From: an uncultured delta proteobacterium
Lineage (GTDB): Bacteria > Desulfobacterota > Desulfuromonadia > Desulfuromonadales > JACZKF01
NCBI GenBank assembly: GCA_963816395.1
Contig: CAWFKQ010000009.1
Span: 32,001-96,000, forward strand
Direction of reading: 5' to 3'
Length of the DNA: 64,000 nucleotides
In this document: piece after piece, positions 22,669 to 34,239 of the stretch
How the letters are laid out: every line of letters begins with the position of its first letter
How positions within the stretch are numbered: position 1 is the stretch's first letter
Notes under the pieces: model-generated
The model's database searches: none
Seen by the model: only the letters and a program-made list of their open reading frames with translations
Told to the model about the DNA's origin: nothing
Translations under genes and position numbers: made by a program

Positions 22669-24376
22669 ATGGCCGGGACGGCGGGTTTGAAACTATCCTA
22701 TCTCAAGCGCACCTTCTTTTTCACCCATGGGGCCGGCTTCGCAGCGGGAATTCTCTTCCCCCTCTTCGCCACCCCCCTGGTCGGGCCGGCGGCTCACAGC
22801 TGGCCATTCATCCTGATCTGCCTGGCCATGGGCTTCGGCGTCGGCGCCATGATGTTCGCCTTTGTCCTGCTCACCCTGAAGCAACAGCTGCGGCGGCAGA
22901 TGGAGATTCTCCGCCCGCTGATCGGCAGTTGCAAACAGGGGGATGCGACGGTGGAAGCGCTTCAGGAGGTGATGGAAGGTTCGGTCTCCCAGCTCGAGGG
23001 GATCATCCGCGAGCTGCTGGGCACCATCGACGAATTCGTCCCCCACTACCGCTCCCTGGCCGAATCGAGTCGCTACCTTTCCGAGCGCGCCCGGGATGGA
23101 CTGATCGCCGCCCAGACAACCCGCACCGATGTCAACGCCATGGCCGGCAAGCAGCAGGAGGTCATCGCCCAGGTGCAGAACCTCTCCGACGCCTCCCAGG
23201 ACGAGGCCGCTATCTCCCGCGAGCTCTCCGCCTCCCTGGAAGAGATGGCCGGCGCCATGGATCACTCCACCGCCAAATTCCTGGAGACCACCACCAGCGT
23301 CGACGAAATGGCCTCCAGCATCAAGGAAGTCACCACCCGGGCCGATAAAATGGCGGAGGGGGTCGAGAGCGCCGGCCGGGACCTGGAATCGATCGGCGAA
23401 TCGCTGGAGCGCATCCGCAGCGGCGCCTTCACCAGCGCCCAGGCCACCGAAGCGGTGAAACAGGACGCCGAAGCCGGGCCTGCTGGTGGTCCGCTCTTCG
23501 ATGGAGGAGATGGAGCGCATCGAACAGGAAAGCCGACGGGCGATGGAAGCGATGCAGCGCCTTTCCCGGCAGACTGGCGAAGTGGCGAAGATCATCGAGG
23601 TGATCAAGGAGCTGGTCTCCGACACCGAACTGCTCGCCTTCAATGCCGCCATCATTGCCGCCAAGGCGGGCGAAGAGGGGAAGGGCTTCTCCGTGGTCGC
23701 CGAGGAGATTCGCGACCTGGCCGACCGCACCACCACCAGCGCCCAGGATATCCACCGCATCGTCAAGGCCATCGGCGGCGATACGCGGGAGGTGACCGCG
23801 GCGGTGGAAGCCACCGGCCAGCGTATCGCCAAGGGGAAGCAGCTCTCCCTCTCCACCGGCGAGGCGCTGCGCAAGATCGTCGACAGCTCCATACAGGCGG
23901 CCAAGTCGTCGGAAGAGATCGCCGGCCTGACCGAGAAGGAGGGGACGCGGGCCCGCTCCCTGCTGGAAGACGCCGGCCGCAGCCTGCGCTCGGTGAAGGC
24001 CATCGTCCGCGCCATGCGGGAGCAGCAAACCGCCATCACTCGCATTCAGGAGGGAGTGACGGAAATGAAGTCGGCCGCCGACCAGGTTGCCCGCGGCATG
24101 GAAGAGCAGGTGCGCGCCAACCGTGAGTTCGACCGGGGATTGAGTGGGCGGGAGGAGCAGATCCGGGCGATCAACGAGGCCACCCGCTTCCAGTTGAACA
24201 CCGTGCAGCGGGTATTCAAGCATTTTGAGGTATCGGAGGACCGGCTGAAGAAAAATGCCGATAAGGCAAAGATCATTGCCCAGGAAGGCAGTGAGCTGGA
24301 GGTCCTGGCCGAGCGTCTGCGGCAGCTGGTGACCGCCTTCGAGGACCGGGAGAACAATTTCCGCCAGGCCGGATAA
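22669..24376 (+). CDS. Methyl-accepting chemotaxis protein (frameshift near 23480)
   Basis: Two N-terminal TM helices; [34 protein letters not shown] signalling tip. Confidence 0.9.
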
Positions 24377-24409
24377 CTTCCGCCTGGCGCATGGAAGCAG
24401 AGCCCAAGG

Positions 24410-24446
24410 GGAAGGCGCGGCGATCTCGGCCGCGCCTTCCTTTTTT
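24410..24446. terminator. Bidirectional intrinsic terminator
   Basis: GGAAGGCGCGG-CGATCTCGG-CCGCGCCTTCC followed by a T-run, between convergent genes. Confidence 0.7.
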
Positions 24447-24637
24447 CATCCTTCCCGTATCCCCAGCTTGCGCAGCAGGGTAATCATCGGGCACCAGTTG
24501 GTGAAGGCGCTCTGGAACAGGTTCAGACCGACGAAGCCGGTAAACAGGAGCCACCAGGGGGAGTAGAAATGCGCCAGCAGAACGCTGGCGACCACAAAGA
24601 ACCCGGCGATCAGGCGCAGATAGCGGTTGATGGTCAT
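24446..24637 (-). CDS. DUF2892 / YgaP-like small membrane protein
   Basis: MTINRYLRLIAG...FVGLNLFQSAFTNWCP; GGAGG RBS. Confidence 0.88.
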   Translation of the reverse strand: MTINRYLRLIAGFFVVASVLLAHFYSPWWLLFTGFVGLNLFQSAFTNWCPMITLLRKLGIREG

Positions 24638-27600
24638 CGTGTAAACCTCCTTGCGTGCTGTTCGGCCTTTCGGCCGTAGATGAGCCAGTAGACGACGGGG
24701 ATCACCACCAGGGTGAAGGCGGTGGAGGCGAAGACGCCGAAGATGATCGACCAGGCCAGCCCGGAGAAGATCGGGTCGAGGGTGATGACCCAGTTGCCGA
24801 GCAGGGCGGCCCCGGCGGTGAGCAGGATCGGCCGCAGGCGCACGGCGCCGCTTTCGATGATCGCCTCCTTGAGAGGCACCCCCCGCTTCAGGGCGTGGTG
24901 GATGAAATCGATGAGGATGATCGAGTTGCGCACGACGATGCCGGCCAGGGCGATCATGCCGATCATGGCGGTGGCGGTGAAGAAGACCGGGGTGTTGTAG
25001 CCGCCGACCGGATGGTCGGCGATCAGGTTGAGCAGCCAGAAGCCGGGCATGATGCCGATCATGGTCAGGGGGATGGCGGCCATGATGATCAGCGGCATGG
25101 CCAGCGACTGGGTCTCGACGATGAGCAGGATGTAGATCAGCACCAGGGCGGCGCCAAAGGCGATCCCCAGGTCGCGGAAGACATCGAGGGTGATGTTCCA
25201 CTCCCCCTCGCCGCTCCAGACCACCCGCGTCCCCGCCGGCAGCGGGTTTTTCTTGAAGAAGGAGGAGAGATTGAGGACGGCGTTCACCGGGCTCTTGCCC
25301 GCCATCTCGCCGAAGACGTAGACCACCCGCTCCAGGTTCTTGTGATAGATGGTCGGCGCCAGGCTCCCCGCGACGAAGCTGCCCAGTTCGGAGAGGGGGA
25401 CGAGGGTATCGCCGGCGCCGCGCACCTTGATCGCCCCCAGGTCCGCCGCCGACGAGCGCAGGGCGCGCGGCAGGCGGGCGACGATATCCAGGGGGCGGCG
25501 TTCGCGGGGCAGGTGCACCGTCCCCACCTTGTCGCCCCCCAGCACCAGGGCCAGGGTGCGGGTGATCTCGGCGTCGCTGATGCCGGAAAGGGCCGCCTTT
25601 TCCCGGTCCGGCACGAAGTGCAGGCGCGGCTGCGGAAACTCCACCGTGTCGTCCACATCCACTACCCGCGGCTCCCGCGTCATGCGCTCGCGCACCCGGC
25701 GGGCGGCGGCGATCTGCTGGCCATAATCCACCCCCGGCGCGGCGTAGACCTCGGCGGCGACGGTGGCGATCACCGGCGGTCCGGGGGGCGTCTCGACGAT
25801 CTTCAGGTTGGCGCCGTGCCGGCGGGCGATGGCGGTCAGCTCATCGCGCAGGCGCAAAGTGATCTCGTGGCTCTGCTGGGCACGCTTGCCCTTGGCCGCC
25901 AGGTTGATGCGGATGTCGGCGACGTTGGCGCCGCGGCGCAGGTAATAATGGCGCACCATGCCGTTGAAATCCATGGCGCTCGCCGTCCCCACGTAGGACT
26001 CGAAGTCGGTCACCTCGTTCACCCGCCCCAGGTAGCTCTCCAGGTCGCGCACCGCCGCATCGGTCGCCTCCAGCGTCGTTCCCTCCGGCATGTCCACCAC
26101 CAGCTGGAACTCGTTCTTGTTGTCGAAGGGGAGCATCTTCATCGGCACCAGATTGAGGACCGGCATGAGGGCCGAGCCGAAGAAGAGGACCACCACCACC
26201 CCGATCAGCAGCCACCCCTTCTTCCGCGAGTCGATGAAAGGCTCCAGAAGGCGCCGGTAGACCCGGTAGGTGCGGCTCTCCTCCAGGACGAATTCTTCTT
26301 GCGTGCTTGCCGTACTGCCCCTTGAGCACGTGATAGGTCATCCAGGGGGTGACGGTGAAGGCGACCAGCAGCGACATCAGCATGGTCAGCGGCACGTTGA
26401 CCGCCATCGGCCGCATGTAGGGCCCCATCATGCCGGTGATGAACATCATCGGCAGAAAGGAGACGATGACCGCCAGGGTGGCCAGGATCACCGGCGGCCG
26501 CACCTCGTCCACCGCCGTCAGCACCGCCTCGCGCGGCGGCTCCTTCTTCATCTTGAAATGGCGGTAGATGTTCTCCACGTCGACGATCGGGTCATCGACC
26601 AGCAGGCCGAGGGCGAGCACCAGGGCGAACAGGGTCACCCGGTTGATGGTATAGCCGAACCAGTAGTTCACCATCAGGGTCAGGGAGTAGATGATGGGGA
26701 TGGAGACGGCGACGATCAGCGCCTCCCGCCAGCCGAGGGCGAAGAGGATCAGCGCCAGCACGGTGACGATGGCGATCAGCAGGTGGCGGATCAGCTCGTT
26801 CACCTTGTGGTTGGCGGTCTCGCCGTAGTCGCGGGTGACCCGCACCTGCATGTTGTCGGGGATGATCGTCCCCTGCATGCCGTGCACCGCGGCGATGACA
26901 TCGTCGGCCACGTTGACCGCATTGGTCCCCTTCTTCTTGGCGACGGCGATGTTCACCGCCTGATATTCCCTGCCGGCCGCTCCGGCGGCGGCATCGGCGG
27001 CCGGGCCGAAGCCGATGCGCGTATAGGTGTCGGCCTCGGCCATGCCGTCGGTCACCTCGGCGACGTCCCGCAGGTAGACCGGCCGACCGCCATCGACCCC
27101 GATCACCAGGTCGGCCGCCTCCCGCGCCGAGGTGAGAAAGGCGCCGCCGCGCACCAGGATCTGGCGGTCGTTGCGATCGAAGCTGCCGGCCGGCAGCTCC
27201 AGGTTGGCTGCCTGCAGGGCGCGGCGGACATCGGCCGGGGCAAGGCCGCGGGCGGCCAGGGCCTGGGGCCGCAGGTCGACGCGGATCTGCCGCGGGACGG
27301 CCGCCGATGACGGTAGTGACGTTGGTGTTCTTCACCGACTGCAGGCGGTCGACCACCTCTTCGGCCACCCGGCGCAGCTGGTAGTCGGAGCTGTTCTCCG
27401 CGTAGAGGGTGAAGTTGACGATCGGCACGTCATCGACCGCCACCGGCTTGATCACCCAGCCGCTCACCCCCGGCGGCACGATATCGGTGTGGGTGGCGAT
27501 CTGGTTGTGCAGCTTGACCAGGGAAGCGAGGCGATCCTCCCCGACATAAAAGCGGACGGTGACGATGGCCAGATCCGGCCGCGACATGGAGTACACGTAC

Positions 27601-27857
27601 TCGACCCCGTCCACCTGCCAGAGGAGCTTCTCCAGGGGGGTGGCGACCAGCTTCTCCACCTCCTGGGCGCTCGCCCCGGGCATGTGCACATAGACATCCG
27701 CCAGGGGCACCTCGATCTGCGGCTCCTCCTCGCGCGGCGTGAGCAGCAGGGCCGCCGCCCCGGCGACTACCGCAAGGATAATGAGGATGACCGACAGGTT
27801 GCCCTCGAGAAACTTGTCGACGATCCGGGTGGGCAGGGAATGCTTCTTTGCCGCCAT
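24634..27857 (-). CDS. RND efflux permease (AcrB/CzcA-like), frameshifted
   Basis: TPREEEPQI, INRVTLFAL..ALGLLVDD, GIVVRNSIILIDF, RLRPILLT. Confidence 0.92.
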
Positions 27858-27862
27858 CTGCT

Positions 27863-28976
27863 TCAGCCCTCCAGGCGGGCGCCGCTGCGCGCCCGCTCGA
27901 CCCCGCCGACGACGATGCTGTCGCCGGGCTCAAGGCCGGAGAGGATCTCCAGCCGCCCATCGATTTCCCGGCCGGTCTTGACCAGCCGATAGTGGAGAAT
28001 GTTATCCCGAACCAGATAGACGCCGGTCAGCTGCCCGCGCTCCACCACCGCCGCCGCCGGCACCAGGATGGTGGGACGCTCGCCGCCGGGGAAGAGCATG
28101 CGGGCGAACAGGCCGGCGTTCACTTCGGCCTTTTCCGGCAGCTCCGCCTTCACCTGAAAGGTGCGGCTGCGCGGGTCGGCAGCCGCCTGTACCTCGCTGA
28201 TGCGCGCAGGGTACGTCTTGTTCAAGGCGGGGATTTCCACCTGCACCGGATCGCCGACGGCGACCTGCCCGGCCTTCGACTCGGGAAGCTCGCCCCGCAC
28301 CCGCCACCCGCCGAGGCGGTCGAGAACCAGCAGCGGTGTGCCCGGCTGGACGGTGGAGCCTTCCTCCACCTCCCGGCGCACCACCCGGGCGGCATAAGGG
28401 GCGGTGACCCGGGAATAGGCGAGAGCGGTGCGGGCGGCGCTGCGGCGCCGATTTGGCGCCGGCGACCGCCGCCTCGGCCGCCGCCACCTGCTGGCGGGCC
28501 TCCTCCAGCTCGGCCGAAACCCGGTCCATCTCCTGGGCGGTGACCGCCTCATTGCGGAACAGGCGCTGGTAGCGGTCAAACGTTTTCTGCGGCCAGCTGC
28601 GCCCGCGCCCGCGCCGCCGCCAGGCGATTCTGCGCCGCGTCCAGGGCGGCTTCCGCCTCCTGCAGCCGATCAGCCCGCCTGATTGTCGGAGATGGTGAGC
28701 AGGAGCTCGCCGCCCTGCACTGTCTCGCCGGTGCGGACCGCGATGCGAAGCACCCGGCCGTCGGTGCGCGCCGCCAACTCCCCGCGATCCCGGCTCTCCA
28801 CCGTGCCGACGTAGGCTTCGGCGCCGGTCAGGGTGCTTTCGCCGACCGTCGCCACGGTCAGACCACGGACGATCGGATGCTCGCCGGGACGGACACCCGG
28901 CTCGATGTCCCCGCCGCAGGCGGCCAGGATCAGCAGGGGCAGGGCAAGAGGCGGCAAATAGGGAAAAGGCGGTTCA
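27863..28976 (-). CDS. RND membrane fusion protein (frameshifted)
   Basis: Lipobox LILAAC, VTAPYAARV, DPRSRTF.VK, EILSGL..GD.IV. Confidence 0.88.
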
Positions 28977-30306
28977 CGGCTGGTCCTCCTTGGACGCGGG
29001 AAGCAGGGTCTGGACGAAATCACCCTGCTGAAAGTGCTGATTGCCTAAGGCGAGCAGGTAGCGGCTTTCGGCCTGAATCCGGTCGAAACGGACCCGGTCG
29101 AGGGCCGACTGGGTGGCGAGCAGTTCGGAAAGATCGACCAGGCCGGCATCAAAACGCTGGCGGGTCAGGCGGTAGCTCTCCTGCGCCTCCGCCAGCGAAG
29201 CCTGGGCGGTGGCGGCCTGGAGGCGGGCCTCCGCGGCCCGCCGCTGCGCCTCGTCCACCGCCAGCCGGGCCTGCCGCGTGGCCTCGCGGACCCGCGCGGC
29301 GGCGGCTTTTTCGGTGGCGGCGGTGCGGCTGGCGGCATAATGGCGGCGCCCGCCGTCGAAGAGCTCCCAGGAGAGCCCCGCCCGCACCGTCCAGCTGTCG
29401 GCATCGGTGCCGAAGGGGGCCTCGCCGTCGTGCAGGGCATAGGAGGCGGCGAGCCCCAGGCGCGGCAGATAGGCGGCGCGGCTTTGTTCATGGGCGAGGG
29501 CGGCCGCCCGTACCTGCTGGCGCATGGCCTCCAGGTCGGCCCGCTGCAGGGGGACCTCGGCGGGCGGCGTCAGCCGCTGCGGCTCCAGGGGCGCGGCGAT
29601 TTCCACCTCCCCCTCGCGCCCCATGGCCACCGCCAGGCGGCGGCGGGCCAGGATCAGGTCGTTTTCGGCGCTGACGGATCGCCGTTCGGCTTCGGAGAGG
29701 AAAACGCGGGCGCGCAGCTCATCCGCCTTCAGGCCGACCCCGGCCTGCCGTCGTTCGCCGCTCAGCCGCACGATCTCCTCCGCTTCGCGCCGGCTCGTCT
29801 TTACCCAGTCGAGCGCGGCCCCTGCCTGCTGCACCGCCAGGTAAGCGCGAAAGGCGGCGAAAGCGGCCTCCTCGGCGCTCCAGCGGGCACCGGCCGCGGC
29901 CGCCTCGGCGCCGGCCTCCGCGCGGCGCCGGTCGATAGGCGATATCGGTATCGAAAAGAGGCTGTTCGAGGGTCAGGCGCGTTTCGAAGTCCTTGCGGGC
30001 GGGGGGAAAATTGTAGGGATCGGCGCTGGAGCTGAGTTCCAGTTCCTGCTGGTTGAGGTTGATGAACAAGCTGCCGGCCGGCTCGTCGGTCCAGGTGAAG
30101 TTTTCCCCGAGAGTTATTCTGGGGAAATAGCGGCTGCGCGCCTCGCCGACGGCTGCCTTGGCGGCGCTGGCGTCCTGGCGCGCCGCCTGGACCAGGGGGC
30201 GGGCGGCCACCGCCGCCTGCACGGCCTGCCCGAGGGTCACCGTTTCGGCCCGCGCCAGGGGTGCGGTCAACAGAAGGAACAGCGCCGGAAGGGCGGATCG
30301 GTACAT
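28974..30306 (-). CDS. TolC family outer-membrane efflux protein (frameshifted)
   Basis: Signal peptide, ARSRYFPRI, LEQPLFD, AAYLPRLGL, LSWELFDGG, RFDAGL. Confidence 0.88.
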
Positions 30307-30673
30307 GGTATCCTCCAAATAATTCGAATAAATATATATATAAAAACCGCCTGGAATTCAACACTTTTTTCTTCACTGCAGGCAAGCTGTGTTCTCAGCA
30401 GGGGGAAAGAATGGTCCAATTTTCCTGCCCCTCAAGCTTACCAAACCAGGCTTCTGCCGTTTTTTAAGTTCCTGATATTTTTCTTTTTCTTCATTCGTGA
30501 AGGGGATAGGCGTTGGTGGTCAATTTCTCGCCGCGCCCTCTACTGCAACGCCGCAACCCGCGACAATCCATCCGTTGTAACGATCGGAATCGCCTCTTGA
30601 GATGGCTTCCAGGAGAGCTAGACTGGAAACAGAACGCCCGCAGAAGGAGCGGGCGGTTTTCCCGGAGGTGCCT

Positions 30674-31337
30674 ATGAACCATACCGACAGCCATCTCGTT
30701 CAGCAGATCCACGGCACCCTCACCCACGATACCCGCGTCAATCTGAACGAAAGCGCTCTTTCCATAATCGAGGACAACGGCATCGTCACCCTCTCCGGCA
30801 CCGTTCCCAGCGTGGCCGCCAAACGCCTGGCCGTCCGCCTGACCGAAACCGTCCCGGGAGCCAAAGTCGGTCCGTGATGAGCTGCGGGTGACGGTGATCA
30901 ACGCCATGGGCGATCTGGAACTGGCCGAGCGGATACGCAATGCATTTCTTCAGGACCGCAACATCGAAGAGGATCACATCGATATCGCCACCGACCGGGA
31001 TGGCAGGGTGATCCTCCGTGGCCGCGTCCACTCCCTCATCCAGCGCCGCCTCTGCGAAGTGCTCTGCTGGTGGAACCCCGGGGTGAGCGCCGTCAGCAAC
31101 CTGATCATTGTCGACCCGCCGGACCAGGACAATGACGAGGAACTCAAGGACAACCTGATCACCATCATGGAAAAGGATATCCTGGTCAACCCGAAGAAAT
31201 TCCGCATCGAGGTGCATGCGGGGCGGGTCCTCCTGCGCGGCCGCGTCGACTCCCCGATGGAGAGGAGCGCGGCCGAAAAGGACTGCTGGTACACTCCCGG
31301 GGTGATGGATGTGGAAAACCGGCTGACGGTGGGTTAG
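30674..31337 (+). CDS. Triple BON-domain protein (frameshift near 30870)
   Basis: Three BON repeats: GIVTLSGTV, GRVILRGRV...PGVSAVSN, GRVLLRGRV...PGVMDVENRL. Confidence 0.85.
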
Positions 31338-31404
31338 CAGGAAAGGGCTTGCCCAATGCCGGGCCAACGCTATATATTGACTTCCATATGCATGGAGGTC
31401 ACCA

Positions 31405-31561
31405 ATGGAACTGCTCCTGATCCTTTTCGCCGTCCTCTTCTGGTTCGTCATGAACCGCTGGATCCTTCCCCGCTTGGGGATACAGACCTGAATGAGCGAT
31501 GCCTGCAGCCTTCCGGTGCGGAAGGACGAGAACCCCTCAGAGGGAAATCCCCCCGAATGAA
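31405..31561 (+). CDS. Small single-TM protein with in-frame UGA (candidate selenoprotein; 3' end approximate)
   Basis: GGAGG RBS; MELLLILFAVLFWFVMNRWILPRLGIQT-UGA(31489)-MSDACSLPVRKDENPSEGKSP; hairpin CCTTCC-GGTGC-GGAAGG after the UGA. Confidence 0.6.
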
Positions 31562-31587
31562 GAAAGCGGCCAATCGGCCGCTTTCTT
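31560..31587. terminator. Bidirectional intrinsic terminator
   Basis: AAGAAAGCGGCC-AATC-GGCCGCTTTCTT. Confidence 0.75.
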
Positions 31588-31590
31588 TAT

Positions 31591-33004
31591 TTACAGATAG
31601 GGGGAGAACAGCTTGGCGAAAGCGTCGCGCAGTTTAAGCGGCAGGCGACGGGCATCGAGTTCGTCCAGGGATACGGCCCGGGAGCGGGCGCGCACCACGT
31701 CGAAATGGCGGCCGAGGGTCTGCGGTAAAGGTGGGGTCGTAGACTTCCAGGTTGAACTCGAAATTCAGGCGCAGACTGCGGGGATCGAGGTTGGCGGAAC
31801 CGACCAGGGCATACTGGTCGTCGGTCAGCAGGATCTTGCTGTGGACAAAAGGCGGCGGTTGGAAATAGACGTGGGTGCCGTATTTGAGCATTTCCCACAG
31901 ATAGGAGCGGGTGGCCCAGGCCAGATAGGGCAGGTTGTTCTTCTCGGGAAGGATGATCTCCACCTGCACCCCGCGCAGGGCGGCGGCGGTTATGGCGGAG
32001 ATCAGGGCGCGGTCGGGGATGAAGTAAGGGGTCATGATGCGCACCTGGCGGCGCGCGGAGCCGATGGCGCCGATCAGGATCCAGGTGAGCTTCTCGAAAT
32101 CCTCATTCGGTCCGACGCTGATCCCCCGGCACAGGCCGCCCCCCGGCAGCGGCGCCGGCGGCGGGTCGGGGCGGACGATTTCCCGGCTGGCGAAATGCCA
32201 GTCTTCCAGGAAGGCCTGCTGCATCTGGCCGACCACCGGCCCGCTGACCCGGAAGTGAAGATCAATCACCCGTCGCGGGTTGTCCCCGTCCGCCAGGTGC
32301 CGATCACCGATGTTCATCCCGCCGGTGAAGCCGAGACTGCCGTCGGTGATCAGCAGTTTGCGATGGTTGCGCAGGTTGAGATGGATGCCCCCCTCAGCCA
32401 GCAGCGGCAGGAAACGGACCACCCGGACCCGACTTCCGTGCAGAAGCCGGCGGGCGGGGGGAAAGGAATAGCGCTCCCCCAGGGCGTCGACCAGTACCCG
32501 CACATCCAGTCCGCGCGCCGCCGCCGCCTTGAGGGCGGCCGCAAATTGCCCGCCGGTGCCGTCCGCATCGAAGATATAGGTGGAGAGAAAAACGGAGCGT
32601 TGCGCTTCGCCGATCGCCCGGAGCATGGCCGGGTAGGCTTCCTCGCCGTTATGCAGAATCTCGATCCGGTTGCCCGGCAGTAGCGGCCGACGGGTAACGG
32701 CATCAGCCAGATGCCGCAGAGGCCGAAGTTCTGCCGCCGCCGCCGGCGCCGCTTCGGCCATCGGCGGACTGATTCCGGAATCCTGCCAGAACTGATCGCT
32801 CCCCCCTCCCTGCCAATCCCGGGCCAGCGTCCGGATACGGTTCACCCCCAGCAGCCAGTACAACCCGGCGCCGATCCCCGGCAGCCCCAGGCAGATGGCG
32901 ATCCAGCCGAGTGCGGCGCGGGGATCGCGCTTATGCAGCAGGGCATGGCCGGCCGAGAGCAGGGAGAACAGACCGATGAGAATCCAAAGGACCCAGCTCA
33001 GCAA
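31591..33004 (-). CDS. cls: Cardiolipin synthase (PLD family), frameshift near C-terminus
   Basis: Two HKD motifs RNHRKLLITDG and HSKILLTDD, GSANLDPRSLRLNFE, C-terminal LFSPYL. Confidence 0.92.
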
Positions 33005-33096
33005 TTGACCTCCCCCGAGCTCCGGCGGAATTTTTTCTGGGACTTGTGAACACCCCGGACCCAATCTCAGACCGGGCGGGGAGGCGCCGCGCCGCA

Positions 33097-33426
33097 TCAG
33101 CGCAAGCTGGTGGCGCAGCGCGGACAGGTGAGCATGCTGGTGGAGGGCACCTTGTGTCCGCAGGTCGGACACATGAACCAGTATTTGCAGTAGCGGCATT
33201 GGATTTCCGAGAGACCCTGCTTTTTCCTGCATTTCGGGCATTGGCGGTACATCTTGCGGTTCTGGATGTAATCGGCAAAGAGCAGTCCGCAACGGGGACA
33301 CGCCTCGGCATCGCGCTTGCGAATCTCGGCGCCGCAACCCGGCGCCGGACAGACGAACACGGCCCGGCAGCCGCTGCACCAGTATTTTCCCTTCTTCAGC
33401 TCTTTGCAGACAGGACACTTTTCCAT
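33097..33426 (-). CDS. Small multi-zinc-ribbon protein
   Basis: 109 aa with eight Cys pairs: CPVC, CSGC, CPAPGC, CPRC, CPKC, CRYC, CPTC, CPRC. Confidence 0.75.
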   Translation of the reverse strand: MEKCPVCKELKKGKYWCSGCRAVFVCPAPGCGAEIRKRDAEACPRCGLLFADYIQNRKMYRQCPKCRKKQGLSEIQCRYCKYWFMCPTCGHKVPSTSMLTCPRCATSLR

Positions 33427-33562
33427 ATGCCTCTCGCCTTTTTTCGGACAACACGAAGATTGTAGCATCTGCCGCCGCAAAACCAAAGAGCTGTTGCCGC
33501 CCGTGGGATTTTCCATGAATTTTAACAACAGGTTATCGACCGGAGAGGCGTCTGTCAAACAG

Positions 33563-34219
33563 CTATTTCTTCCGGCAGGACAGCTCGATGTCTTCCTGGC
33601 GGCCGATGAGAATGAGCAGATCGCTGTCCTTGATCACATGGTCCGGAGAGGGCAGGGCGAGAAAACGACCGGTCAGCACATCGCGGATACCGATGATGGT
33701 GACATTGAACCGCCGGCGCAGGTCGAGCTCGATAAGGTTCCTGCCGAGGAAGTGGGGCGGCGGTGCCGCCTCGGATATGGAGGTATCCTCCCCCAGGGGG
33801 ATGAATTCGAGGATATTGGGGTTGGACAGGCTGCGGGCGATCTTCTGGGCCATGTCCTTCTCCGGATAGATGACATCGGTGGCCCCGACTTTTTCCAGAA
33901 TGCGTCCGTGGTCTTCATCCAGCGCCTTGACCAGGATGCGCGGCACCTTGAGTTCGCGCAGATAGAGGGTGATCAGGGTGGAGAGGTGGGAGCGCTCGCC
34001 GGTGGAAACCACCACCGCATCCATCTCCCCGATCCCCTGCCCGACGAGAAACTCCTTGCTTCCCGCATCGCCGAGAATGGCATAGGAGACATGGTCCTGG
34101 ATGCGCTGGACTTTCTCCTTTTCCGTATCGATGGCGACGACTTCATGTCCGTCCTGATACAGTGCGCGAGCCACATGGTAGCCGAAATTCCCCAGCCCTA
34201 TCACGCAGAAGCGTTTCAT
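33563..34219 (-). CDS. ktrA: Potassium uptake NAD-binding subunit KtrA/TrkA
   Basis: VIGLGNFG, KVGATDVIYPEKDMA, RCK-C domain. Confidence 0.9.
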   Translation of the reverse strand: MKRFCVIGLGNFGYHVARALYQDGHEVVAIDTEKEKVQRIQDHVSYAILGDAGSKEFLVGQGIGEMDAVVVSTGERSHLSTLITLYLRELKVPRILVKALDEDHGRILEKVGATDVIYPEKDMAQKIARSLSNPNILEFIPLGEDTSISEAAPPPHFLGRNLIELDLRRRFNVTIIGIRDVLTGRFLALPSPDHVIKDSDLLILIGRQEDIELSCRKK

Positions 34220-34239
34220 GGAGGCCTCCGTGACCGGCC

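Noticed and set aside
33085..33100. TGA followed by TGC at the end of the zinc-ribbon gene as a second Sec site
   Set aside because: The protein is complete at that point, read-through adds only a few residues, and there is no clear SECIS-like hairpin.
31634..33454. 606-aa ORF extending cls through the zinc-ribbon gene
   Set aside because: The upstream part is an alternative frame of the Cys-rich gene; cls has its own GGAGG plus TTG at 33004.
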